64,000 bases of DNA from an uncultured Bacteroidales bacterium (lineage in GTDB: Bacteria > Bacteroidota > Bacteroidia > Bacteroidales > WCHB1-69): positions 41,442-105,441 of the forward strand of contig OMYJ01000015.1 in assembly GCA_900315245.1 (NCBI GenBank), written 5' to 3'. Each line of letters opens with the position of its first letter. Within the stretch, counting starts at the first letter, position 1. This document shows positions 1 to 9,366 of this stretch, piece by piece. The position numbers were made by a program, and so were the translations under genes. The notes beneath the pieces are model-generated. The model saw nothing but the letters and a program-made list of their open reading frames with translations, made no database searches and was not told where the DNA came from.

Positions 1-2
1 GG

Positions 3-1418
3 ATATTTGACACTGATGTACAGCTGGTTAAGTATAAAGTCCTGAAGGAGGTTATCCGCCGTGCCTACGAGGGTGGCTTGGAGGACGCTTACATGGAAGT
101 CCCCAAGCTTCTCAGTCCCGGCCCGAAAGCGGAGACCCGCTGCTGCATCTACAAGGAACGCGCCATTTTGCAGGACCGGATCAAGATGGCGATGGGCGGC
201 GACAAAGAGAACCCCAACGTGATCGAGGTCATCGACAGCGCCTGCGACGAATGCCCCATTGACGGGATCTATGTGACCCCCGCCTGTCGCGGATGCATGG
301 TGCACAGCTGCAAGGAGGTTTGCCCGAAGGATGCCATCACCATCGTGAACCACAAGGCAACGGTGGATAAGGACAAATGTATCGAATGTGGCAAATGCAC
401 GCAGGCATGTCCCTATTCGGCCATCATCCTCCAGCACCGTCCCTGCATGGTGAGTTGCCCGGTGAAGGCGATTTCGATAGACGAGAACCGGAAGGCCGCC
501 ATCGACAACAACAAGTGCATCTCCTGCGGGGCCTGCGTCTATAAATGCCCGTTCGGTGCCATTTCCGACAAGTCGCTGGTGTTGGATATCATCGACATCT
601 TAAAAAAATCGGAGAACAACACGAAATACAAGGTTTATGCGGTCATCGCGCCCGCTATCGTGAGTCAGTGCCGCTTCGGACGGGTCACGCAGGTGGTCAC
701 GGCCATCCGCAAATTAGGATTCCATCATGTGGTGGAGGCCGCCCTCGGCGCGGACATCACGCTTTACCGCGAGGCCAAGGAGTGGGAGGAGAAGAAACTG
801 CTCACCACGTCGTGTTGTCCGTCGTTCGTCTCCTTCGTGGAGAAGAATTTCCCGGAACTGACGCAGTACATCTCCAGTTCGGTGTCGCCCATGGTGGAAA
901 CGGCACGTCTGATCAAACGTTCCGACCCCACGGCGAAGATCGTCTTCATCGGACCGTGTACCTCCAAGAAGTTGGAGTACCGATTGGAAAAGACAGGTGG
1001 CGCCATCGACTGTGTGATGTCGTTCGAGGAGTTGCAGGCCTTTTTGGACGCACGCGGCATTGACACCACCCAGATGGAGGATTCAGAGCTGAACAACGCC
1101 TCCTACTACGGCCGTATCTTCGCCAAGTCGGGCGGCATCGCCCACGGCGTCGCCGATGTGGCGGAGGCGATGGGCGTGCAAGGGGTGAAGCCGATTGCCA
1201 TGAACGGCATCGCGGAATGCAAGGCCGCGCTGACCCGGCTGAAGTTCAACAAGGCCACCGAAAACTTCTTCGAAGGGATGGCCTGCAATGGCGGATGCCT
1301 CAACGGCCCCGTCTGCATCACCCACAGCCCGCGCAACATCGTGGATGTCGATAAATACGGCAACGAGGCGCGCGAGAAGACCATTTTCAACTCCGTGAAG
1401 CTGCTCGAAAATTTCTGA
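3..1418 (+). CDS. Monomeric [FeFe]-hydrogenase with N-terminal 4Fe-4S ferredoxin domains (group B-like), 5'-partial
   Basis: H-cluster motifs TSCCPSF (L1), GPCTSKKLE (L2) and EGMACNGGCLNG (L3); several CxxCxxCxxxCP motifs. The frame is open from base 3 (IFDTDVQLVKYKVLKEV...), so the true start lies upstream of the window. Confidence 0.85.
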   Translation: MFDTDVQLVKYKVLKEVIRRAYEGGLEDAYMEVPKLLSPGPKAETRCCIYKERAILQDRIKMAMGGDKENPNVIEVIDSACDECPIDGIYVTPACRGCMVHSCKEVCPKDAITIVNHKATVDKDKCIECGKCTQACPYSAIILQHRPCMVSCPVKAISIDENRKAAIDNNKCISCGACVYKCPFGAISDKSLVLDIIDILKKSENNTKYKVYAVIAPAIVSQCRFGRVTQVVTAIRKLGFHHVVEAALGADITLYREAKEWEEKKLLTTSCCPSFVSFVEKNFPELTQYISSSVSPMVETARLIKRSDPTAKIVFIGPCTSKKLEYRLEKTGGAIDCVMSFEELQAFLDARGIDTTQMEDSELNNASYYGRIFAKSGGIAHGVADVAEAMGVQGVKPIAMNGIAECKAALTRLKFNKATENFFEGMACNGGCLNGPVCITHSPRNIVDVDKYGNEAREKTIFNSVKLLENF

Positions 1419-1461
1419 TTATAATCACGTCCTGAAGGATAGTATAAATCCGATTGATAAA

Positions 1462-1500
1462 GGAAAAGCGCGGGAACTCCAAAAGTTTCCGCGCTTTTCC
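1462..1500. terminator. Probable bidirectional intrinsic terminator
   Basis: GGAAAAGCGCGGGAACT-ccaaa-AGTTTCCGCGCTTTTCC inverted repeat between convergent genes. Confidence 0.75.
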
Positions 1501-1526
1501 GCATTTTCCGCGAATGTTTCCGCAAT

Positions 1527-3632
1527 CTATTTCAGATTCGTGTCGAACCAATCGATGAAGTTGCGGTGCCAGAGGAGACTGTTCTGCGGTTTCAGCACCC
1601 AGTGGGTCTCGTCCGGGAAGTAGAGGTAACGGCTGGGAATGTGGCGCATCTGTGCGGCGTTGTAGGCCGCCATGCCCTCGGAAGCCACGATACGGAAGTC
1701 GAACTCGCTGTGAATCACACAAATCGGGGTATTCCACTTGTCGACAAACAGGTGCGGGGAGTTCGCATAGCTCTTCTTGACCTGCGGGTTGTTCCAATCC
1801 CAGTAAGGACCGCCGATGTCCCAGTTGTCGAACCACATCTCTTCAGTCTCTAAATATTGCTGTTCGAAATTGAACATGCCGTTGTGTGCCAGGAAAGCTT
1901 TGAAACGACGGCCGTCATTGTAGCCCTTCACGTCGTGGTTGTGGCCGGCAAGCCAATAGACGCTATAGCCGCCGAAGCTGGCACCGCACGCGCCAAGCCG
2001 CTCCTTGTCAATCTGTTTCACGCTGTCAGCGAAGAAGTCCGCCGCCCGCATGTAGTCTTGCATACATAAGCCGCCGTAGTCGCCGCTGATCTCCTCGGTC
2101 CACGCTTGGCCGAAGCCCACGGTGCCGCGACGGTTGGGCGCGATGATGAAGTACTCTGCGCCGCTCATCACCATGAAGTTCCAGCGCGTGCTCCAGAACT
2201 GGCCCACCTCGGATTGCGGACCGCCTTCACAGTAGAGCAGTGCCGGATAGGTCTTCGTGCTGTCGTAGTTGTACGGATAAATCAGCCACGTGAGCATGTC
2301 CTTGCCATCGACCGTCTTGATCCAGTGCTCCTCGACCTTACCCATACGCACCTGCGAGAGGATGTCGTCGTTAATTGAGGAAATCTTCTTGCCTTCGCCC
2401 TTGTTGTCGGTCAGGTTATAGACGTAAATTTCTGACGGATACTGCATGGACACTTGGTCGGCGTAGAGTTTGCCGTTGACCAGCTCAAAGCTGTGGACGT
2501 CGTGATAACCGTAGGAAATCTGGCGGAACTCTTTGGTCTCGCGGTTGCAGGCGAAGATCTGGTCGGTGCCGCGGTAATAGACCACGCCGAGAATCTCCTT
2601 GTCGTCGTCGGTCCAGCTGATGCCAGTGAAATAGTAGTCGAAGTTCTCGGACATGTTGGTGCGCTCGCCCGTGGTGAGGTCCATCACCATCAGGCGGATA
2701 AGATCGCTCTCGTAGCCGTCGCGCTCCATGCTCTCCCATGCGATGTATTTGCCGTTGTGGCTGAACACGGGGTTCTGGTCGTAGCCCATGATGCCTTCGC
2801 TGAGGTTTTTGGTCGTTTTCTTCTCAATATCGTAGAGGAAAATGTCACTGTTCGTGGAGTGCGCGTAGTCATAGCCGGTCTTTTTGCGGCAGGTGTAGGC
2901 GATTTTCTTGCTGTCGGGGCTGTAGTTGTATTGCTCGATACCGCCCCACGGGCGCATCGGACACTCGAAGGTACTGTCGATGAGGCAGACGGCGTGCTCC
3001 ACATCCACCTTGTCGCCGAATTCAGCGAGGAAGATCTGCGGGTATTCATCCACCCAGTTGTCCCAGTGGCGGTACATGAGGTCCTCGTTGATGCGTCCGG
3101 TGGTCTTGTCGAGGCCGGCGTAGAGTTTGTCGAGGTGGCCGGGGCGCGTCACGGGTTTGGTGGTGATGAAGACGATGGACTTGCCGTCGGGGGCGAGTTT
3201 GAAGCCCTCGAAGCCGCGCTCATGGGTGGCGATCTCCTTCTCGCGGCCGTTCTTCACGGTCATGGAGATGATGTGGTTGTCGCGGCAGAAGAGCAGTGTC
3301 TCGTCATCGTCCCACACGAGGTTGAACTCGGAGGCGGCTGTGGTGGTGAGGCGCGAGACGTTCTTGCCTTCGGAGGTCATGAGGTAGATCTCGGCGTTGC
3401 CTTTGTTCTGCTCCATGTCGTAGTAGGTCACGATGTAGGCGATTTGGGAGCCGTCGGGGGAGACGGCCTTTTCGGTCATCTTGCCCAACGCCCACATCAC
3501 CTCGGGGGTGAAACGGCCGTCCTGGACCTGGATTTCAGGTTTGCCGATGACCTTCTCATCGGACGTTTCCTGCTTTTTCGTGCAGGCACAAATCAGTGCC
3601 AGCAAAGCAATTGCGATAAAAATTTTCTTCAT
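1527..3632 (-). CDS. S9 family serine peptidase (prolyl oligopeptidase/acylaminoacyl peptidase-like) lipoprotein
   Basis: Start moved to MKKIFIAIALLALICAC (lipobox); beta-propeller-like N-terminal part; GASFGG nucleophile; DFRI and ETHW catalytic Asp/His context. Confidence 0.85.
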   Translation of the reverse strand: MKKIFIAIALLALICACTKKQETSDEKVIGKPEIQVQDGRFTPEVMWALGKMTEKAVSPDGSQIAYIVTYYDMEQNKGNAEIYLMTSEGKNVSRLTTTAASEFNLVWDDDETLLFCRDNHIISMTVKNGREKEIATHERGFEGFKLAPDGKSIVFITTKPVTRPGHLDKLYAGLDKTTGRINEDLMYRHWDNWVDEYPQIFLAEFGDKVDVEHAVCLIDSTFECPMRPWGGIEQYNYSPDSKKIAYTCRKKTGYDYAHSTNSDIFLYDIEKKTTKNLSEGIMGYDQNPVFSHNGKYIAWESMERDGYESDLIRLMVMDLTTGERTNMSENFDYYFTGISWTDDDKEILGVVYYRGTDQIFACNRETKEFRQISYGYHDVHSFELVNGKLYADQVSMQYPSEIYVYNLTDNKGEGKKISSINDDILSQVRMGKVEEHWIKTVDGKDMLTWLIYPYNYDSTKTYPALLYCEGGPQSEVGQFWSTRWNFMVMSGAEYFIIAPNRRGTVGFGQAWTEEISGDYGGLCMQDYMRAADFFADSVKQIDKERLGACGASFGGYSVYWLAGHNHDVKGYNDGRRFKAFLAHNGMFNFEQQYLETEEMWFDNWDIGGPYWDWNNPQVKKSYANSPHLFVDKWNTPICVIHSEFDFRIVASEGMAAYNAAQMRHIPSRYLYFPDETHWVLKPQNSLLWHRNFIDWFDTNLK

Positions 3633-3645
3633 AATGGTAATAAAA

Positions 3646-5463
3646 TTATTTTTTAAGACTATAATTTTTCGTCCATTTGTATAAGTCGAAGGAAATGCCG
3701 AGAGAATGGTAGCCGTCATAGCGGTAAAAGATGCGGGATGAGAGATTGTCCTTCTCGTTCCATTGGAATTCAGCGCCCAATTCAAACAGGAAATTGGCAG
3801 CGTCGAAGTATGAAAATCTTTGTTTGGGGTCTATGTTTTTGGCAACACGCACGTTAAACATGTTGACGGAAGTCCCGAGTCCCATAAAAAGAGCCCAGTG
3901 TTGGGTCTTGCGGGACAAAGGCAAATAACCCCTGACAATAGGTTCCCAATTAAGGTAGAATTCTTTGTATGCATATTCCACAGCGAAATTCATCAGGCTG
4001 AACTCAACGCATTTCCATCTTTTGGATAGGCCCCCAATTCTGAATCCGACGGATTCCGCCCCGTAAATATCTACAAAGAAGCGGGTTGTTTTCCAGGTCC
4101 TTTCGGAAGATTCAAAATAGTCGTCCCAAATGCCGCGGTAGCCGCGCACGTTCTGCCGGATGTTGAGCGTGTCTTGTATCCCCATGGCCGAAAAGACAAT
4201 GTCGGACTCCCTGATTTTCAATCCGTTGTTGTCGGAAAGTGTCAATGTCAGCAGACTGTCTTTCGGGGAAGCTTCCGCCGTGATCCAATTCTCGTCGTTG
4301 GAAAGTATGCGGTATTCCCAGTTCTGGACATTCGAATGCAGCTTCACTTTCATTTCGCCTTTGTTCCCTTTAAGGAAAACCGAACGGAAATGCGGTCTCA
4401 CACTGTTCACACTCCGTTCACCGCTTGCGGACGGCAGTGATATCTTGTCGATTTTAGGTTCGGCTCCGTGTTGTTCCACCGAAATGGTTTTGCTTTGTCT
4501 TTCATAAGTGGTGACCACCTCGAATGTTGCAGCTCTGCGTTCTGCCCAAGGATTCGCCTCACATTGAATGTCAATGACATCCCCTGATGAAGTTACTTTC
4601 AGCCACGGACAATTGTTTTTCACTTTCCAGGTATCATTGCAACTAACTTTCAGCATGTTGTTTTTGCCCCCGGCAGCATCGAAAGTGATTGCTGAATCAG
4701 AAGCGCCAATGACATTTAGATACGTGTCACCTTCAAATTGCATCACCTGAATGGTTTGGCTGGCTTTTTTCCCTGAAAAAGTAATAGTTGCGTTTCTTTT
4801 CGAAACAAGATCGTTCGGTGGGCAGACCACTGTCAGCGCGTCGTCTTGCCGGTTCAGCTGAAGCCAGTTCGCATCAGTGCTGTAGCTCCATCTGAAATTG
4901 GCATTGATGATCACGGTTTCTTGTCCGCCGCTTCCCGCGAATGCGAGGATGTCTGACATAACAGTCAGTTGCTCGTCCGCTTCGTGTTGAATGACAGTGA
5001 ATTCCTGTGTGGCGCCCTTGTCGGATGTCAGTTGTATGGTTCCTATCCGGATTTCCGCATTGGGATTAACGCTGGCATTGAATTCCGCTCTTTTCTCTTC
5101 CACAATGACACTTGATACTTCCAGCCATTCCGGCACTTGAGACACAGACCAGGAAGCAGGGGCTTTTTTCAGTTCCATTACCAGCGTTCCACCCTCTTTC
5201 CCGCATTCCACTATGGATTGTTCCAGAAGAAAAGCCGCATTTCTGCCGGTGGTTTTCTTCTCGCACTCCTTTAATTCCGTGATGACATTTCCGTCATAAT
5301 CCCCACAATCGGCCAATACTTTTTTATACCATTCAACGGCGTTTTTGAAATCATTTTTGGCTTTATAGTTTCGAGCTGCTTTCAAGTTCGGGTCACAATC
5401 TTGAGCGTATGTGGCAAAAAAGCAACAGCAAAAAAGAAATGCGAAGTAGATACGATGCTTCAT
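3646..5463 (-). CDS. Secreted BACON-repeat protein with TPR-like N-terminus and beta-strand-rich C-terminus
   Basis: Signal peptide; repeated W-x(3-6)-WL...V..N...R...I.....V.Q units typical of BACON domains. Confidence 0.6.
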   Translation of the reverse strand: MKHRIYFAFLFCCCFFATYAQDCDPNLKAARNYKAKNDFKNAVEWYKKVLADCGDYDGNVITELKECEKKTTGRNAAFLLEQSIVECGKEGGTLVMELKKAPASWSVSQVPEWLEVSSVIVEEKRAEFNASVNPNAEIRIGTIQLTSDKGATQEFTVIQHEADEQLTVMSDILAFAGSGGQETVIINANFRWSYSTDANWLQLNRQDDALTVVCPPNDLVSKRNATITFSGKKASQTIQVMQFEGDTYLNVIGASDSAITFDAAGGKNNMLKVSCNDTWKVKNNCPWLKVTSSGDVIDIQCEANPWAERRAATFEVVTTYERQSKTISVEQHGAEPKIDKISLPSASGERSVNSVRPHFRSVFLKGNKGEMKVKLHSNVQNWEYRILSNDENWITAEASPKDSLLTLTLSDNNGLKIRESDIVFSAMGIQDTLNIRQNVRGYRGIWDDYFESSERTWKTTRFFVDIYGAESVGFRIGGLSKRWKCVEFSLMNFAVEYAYKEFYLNWEPIVRGYLPLSRKTQHWALFMGLGTSVNMFNVRVAKNIDPKQRFSYFDAANFLFELGAEFQWNEKDNLSSRIFYRYDGYHSLGISFDLYKWTKNYSLKK

Positions 5464-5616
5464 ATTATTTCATTGTCTGAACAAATTAGTTGGTCTTGCA
5501 TTCTGAAATAGCGATTTGTGATTTTACAGAACAACGAGGCAAAAATACAAAATAATCTGTTGTCGTGCAATAAAATCAAAAACGAAAAAAACGTATTTTC
5601 GCGGCGGAAATTGAAC

Positions 5617-7110
5617 ATGGAGAAACAGATAGTGATAATAGGGGGAGGCATCGGCGGACTGTTCACGGCCGCGCTGCTGGGCATGGAAGGTCGCAAAGTG
5701 ACTGTCCTGGAGCGGAGTTCACACATTGGCGGGGGACTTCAGTCGTTCAGCCGGAATGGTGTGACTTTCGACGCGGGCATGCACGTGGTGGGAGGACTTC
5801 AGCCTGGCGGCTCTCTCAACCGCATCTGCCGCTATCTCGGAATCCTTGACCAACTGCACTATCGTCAGGTGGATGCGGATTGCGGGGATGAGGTGGTCTG
5901 TTTTGAAGATGGGATGACCTACCGCATTCCGCAGGGTAGGGAACCGTTCACGAAATATTTCCAGCAGCTTTTCCCTGAAGAAAAAGAGAACATCCAACGT
6001 TATGTGGATCACCTCTTTGCACTGGCCGACCAGGTTGGTTTTTTCTTCCTCCGTCCAGGCAGTGGTTCAACCCAAAGCAGTGATGAGGCATTTTACCAGC
6101 CATCCGCACAGTTCATTGCCCGTTATGTTCGCAACCCGAAGTTACGCAGTCTGTTAGCTTATTTGAGCCCTTTGGCTGGCGGGGATGCGGGATATACCCC
6201 CGCCTATGTCTTCGCTCTGATCAACTACTTGTATATCAATGCTCATTCCCGTTTTGAAGGACCGGCGGAACAGCTGGCGGATGCTTTGGTGTCGAAAATC
6301 AGGGAGTTGGGGGGAGAAGTGCTGTCTGATACCGAGGTGACAGCCATCCATTTGGAAGATGGCCGGGTGCGGTCGCTGACCACTGCCGACGGCCGGACGT
6401 TCACTCCTGAATGTGTGGTCTCCTCTATTCACCCGCAATCGTTGCTGAATATCGTCGATGGTCAGATTTTCACAAAGGCCTCCCGTAATCGTCTGGCAAC
6501 GGCTCCGAACAATTACTCGGCTTTTTGTGTCTATGCTGTGCTCAAAGAAGGGACGTTCCCGTACCTCAATCATCCTTGTTATTGTTGGGACAGTTATGAC
6601 AAGGTGTGGCAGTTCGGCAAATACGATCAGGAGAATTGGCCGCAGAATTTTGTCTATTTCACCCCGTGCGAACGAAATCAGGGACCTTATGCCCGCGCCT
6701 TGCAGGTGATCGTTTTCTCGCCCTTCTCTATGTGCGAGCAATGGGCAGACACCACCGTGGGTAAACGGGGTGCCGATTATGAAGCTTGGAAATCAAAGCA
6801 TACAGATCTGATTCTGAATAAGATAGAAAAGTACAGACCTGGATTCCGGAATTGTGTGAAACAGGTATATGCCGCAACGCCGTTGACGGTTCGCGACTAT
6901 TATGACGAGCCGGAAGGTTCGCTCTACGGTCTGCTCAAGGATAGTCGCAGCCCGTTTTCCGGTTATCTCCCAATTCGCACAAAAGCCGAAAACCTGTTTA
7001 TGACAGGCCAGAATGTCTATCTCCACGGATGCTGCGGAGTGCCACTCACCGCGGTGATGACGGCTGAGGCGGTGATCGGGGAAACGGACGGGATTGTCCG
7101 AAAAATGTAG
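5617..7110 (+). CDS. NAD(P)/FAD-dependent oxidoreductase, phytoene desaturase/retinol saturase-like (aryl polyene/flexirubin cluster type)
   Basis: IIGGGIGG dinucleotide-binding motif, GGGLQSF..NG..FDAGMH and C-terminal NLFMTGQ...HG..GV; start moved to MEKQIV. Confidence 0.8.
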   Translation: MEKQIVIIGGGIGGLFTAALLGMEGRKVTVLERSSHIGGGLQSFSRNGVTFDAGMHVVGGLQPGGSLNRICRYLGILDQLHYRQVDADCGDEVVCFEDGMTYRIPQGREPFTKYFQQLFPEEKENIQRYVDHLFALADQVGFFFLRPGSGSTQSSDEAFYQPSAQFIARYVRNPKLRSLLAYLSPLAGGDAGYTPAYVFALINYLYINAHSRFEGPAEQLADALVSKIRELGGEVLSDTEVTAIHLEDGRVRSLTTADGRTFTPECVVSSIHPQSLLNIVDGQIFTKASRNRLATAPNNYSAFCVYAVLKEGTFPYLNHPCYCWDSYDKVWQFGKYDQENWPQNFVYFTPCERNQGPYARALQVIVFSPFSMCEQWADTTVGKRGADYEAWKSKHTDLILNKIEKYRPGFRNCVKQVYAATPLTVRDYYDEPEGSLYGLLKDSRSPFSGYLPIRTKAENLFMTGQNVYLHGCCGVPLTAVMTAEAVIGETDGIVRKM

Positions 7111-7138
7111 AATGTAGAATGAAGAATGTAGAATGTAG
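7104..7138. repeat. Heptamer tandem repeat AATG(T/A)AG x5 at a gene junction
   Basis: Read directly; the first unit contains the upstream TAG stop and the array contains the ATG of the next ORF. Confidence 0.9.
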
Positions 7139-7910
7139 AATAGTGATTGTGACATGCGTGATGTTGCTGGTGAACAGTGTTTTCGCGCAGAAGTTGACGG
7201 AGTTTTTGCCGGAGAAGCACTCCGATACCGCTGTGGTGGTCTGTCCAGGCGGCAGCTATTATTGGTTGGCGAGAAAGTCGGAGGGCCGGGATGTCGCGTT
7301 GTGGCTGAATAAGAACGGCTATGCCGCCTATGTGTTGGAATATCCGGTTTCGGGCTGGTGGTCGTGGTTCACCCACATCCGCCGTTCCTGTTGCACGCAA
7401 TATCCCGCACAGCTTGAGGCGCTCGAAGATGCGTTAAAAACCGTTAAATTGAAAGGTTATCGAACAGTCGGGGCAATGGGCTTTTCCGCCGGCGGACATT
7501 TGGTGATGAGCGGGGCGGTTTTCCTTCCCGACAGCACCGCGCCCGATTTCGTGGCCCCCATATACCCGGTGATCACCATGCGCGAGCCATACGTGCACAA
7601 GCGCTCCCGCCGCGGACTCATGGGAGAACGTCGCCAACACAACCCCGTGATGTGGGACTCTTTGTCGTTGGAACTCCACGCCGGTCAGGTGCGCTGTCCT
7701 GTATTCCTGCTCAGCTGCGATGACGATCCCACCGTTGATTGGCCTAATGCCCAGATGATGGCTGATTCGCTGGCGGCCAAAGGCAAACCGTGTCATATTC
7801 TCCGGCCAAAAACAGGCGGACACGGTTTCGGGGTGAGTTCCGAGAAGATGGCGGGAAAGGAATGCGCAGTTTGGCCCGAAGAGTTCCTGAAATGGTTGCG
7901 CGGTTCATAA
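7119..7910 (+). CDS. Alpha/beta hydrolase (esterase/lipase-like)
   Basis: VVCPGGSY oxyanion region, GFSAGG nucleophile, DDPTV and GGHGFG. The start is uncertain because the ATG lies inside the repeat. Confidence 0.75.
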   Translation: MKNVECRIVIVTCVMLLVNSVFAQKLTEFLPEKHSDTAVVVCPGGSYYWLARKSEGRDVALWLNKNGYAAYVLEYPVSGWWSWFTHIRRSCCTQYPAQLEALEDALKTVKLKGYRTVGAMGFSAGGHLVMSGAVFLPDSTAPDFVAPIYPVITMREPYVHKRSRRGLMGERRQHNPVMWDSLSLELHAGQVRCPVFLLSCDDDPTVDWPNAQMMADSLAAKGKPCHILRPKTGGHGFGVSSEKMAGKECAVWPEEFLKWLRGS

Positions 7911-7945
7911 TAAATGTTAATTTTGCCGCCGTTTTTCAAAAGATT

Positions 7946-9298
7946 ATGATTGACAAAAAGAAGGATATAGAGTTCGCTTCCCCTGAGGAGATCAAGGCGT
8001 TCCAGGAGGCGAAATTGCGTGATGCGTTGGCCTGTTTGCAGCACAATTCCCGCTACTACCAGCGTATGTTCGAGCGCTACCGCATCAACATCAATAAAAT
8101 CCGCACTGTTGAAGATCTTGTGAATATCCCTTTCACCGAGAAAAAAGACCTTCAACTCTTTAATGAGGACTTCCTTTGTGTGCCGAAGGAGAAGGTGATT
8201 GACTATATCACCACGAGCGGCACGCTGAGCGATCCCGTGACCTTCTGCTGCACCGAAAAGGATCTCCAACGCTTGGCATATAATGAGAAGAAGAGTTTCG
8301 AATGTGCTGGTTTACAGCCTGGTAATATCCTCCAGTTGATGGTCACCCTCGACAAGCGGTTTATGGCAGGACTGGCCTATTTTCTTGGATTGCGCGAACT
8401 TGGCGCGTCTGTCATCCGTGTGGGCAACGGCATCCCTGAACTGCAGTGGGACACCATCCAGCGCATCAAGCCCGACAGTATCATGTGCGTGCCGTCGTTC
8501 ATCCCGAGACTAATTCAATATGCTGAGGATCATGGAATTGACTACCAGAATTCCAGTATCCGTAAGATTATTGGAATAGGGGAGAGCCTGCGCAACCAAG
8601 ACTTTTCGCTCAACCTTCTTGGCGAACAGATCAAGTCGAAATGGGATGTGGAGCTTTACGCCACCTATTCCTCCACCGAGATGGGTGCGACATTCAGCGA
8701 GTGCGAGTACGGTGTGGGTGGTCACGTGCATCCAGAACTTATCATTGTGGAGATCATCGGCGAGGACAACCTGCCTGTGCCTGATGGCGAGACTGGCGAG
8801 GTGGTGGTCACGACTCTCGGGGTGGAGGGCATGCCGCTCTTGCGCTTCCGCACGGGCGATATGTGCGCGAAAATCACCGAGCAATGTCGCTGTGGCCGAA
8901 ACAGTTATCGTCTCACTCCGTTGGTGGGCCGCAAGAACAATATGATCAAGCTGAAGGGCACTACGCTGTATCCGCCCGCGCTGATGGATGTACTTAACAA
9001 CACCCCGTTTGTTCAGAATTACGTCATCTATGTGCAGGATTCGCAGCAGGGCACCGACGAGGTGGTCGTGAAGGTGGGGCTGAAATCGGAGGTTATAGAA
9101 CAGAACACACGCTTTAAGAACCATCCCGAGGAGATTGTCAACGAATTGAAAAACCGCTTCAGGGCGCATGTGCGTGTGGCTCCTATTGTAACGGTGGAGC
9201 CTGTTGAGGAGATACAGCGCATCAATTTCCCACCCAGCGCGCGGAAGCCCGTGAAGTTCGTGGATTTGCGGGCGAGGGTTCAGAATGTGGGGCGATGA
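7946..9298 (+). CDS. Phenylacetate-CoA ligase-like (PaaK/AMP-binding) aryl-CoA ligase
   Basis: TTSGTLSDP P-loop, YSSTEMG, RFRTGD and GRKNNMIKLKGTTLYP; start moved to MIDKKK. Confidence 0.85.
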   Translation: MIDKKKDIEFASPEEIKAFQEAKLRDALACLQHNSRYYQRMFERYRININKIRTVEDLVNIPFTEKKDLQLFNEDFLCVPKEKVIDYITTSGTLSDPVTFCCTEKDLQRLAYNEKKSFECAGLQPGNILQLMVTLDKRFMAGLAYFLGLRELGASVIRVGNGIPELQWDTIQRIKPDSIMCVPSFIPRLIQYAEDHGIDYQNSSIRKIIGIGESLRNQDFSLNLLGEQIKSKWDVELYATYSSTEMGATFSECEYGVGGHVHPELIIVEIIGEDNLPVPDGETGEVVVTTLGVEGMPLLRFRTGDMCAKITEQCRCGRNSYRLTPLVGRKNNMIKLKGTTLYPPALMDVLNNTPFVQNYVIYVQDSQQGTDEVVVKVGLKSEVIEQNTRFKNHPEEIVNELKNRFRAHVRVAPIVTVEPVEEIQRINFPPSARKPVKFVDLRARVQNVGR

Positions 9299-9366
9299 GT
9301 CGGGACAGGGTGTGAAAGAGTAATGCAAAAAAATCGTATCTTCGCGGCCGTAAATTCGAAAAACTG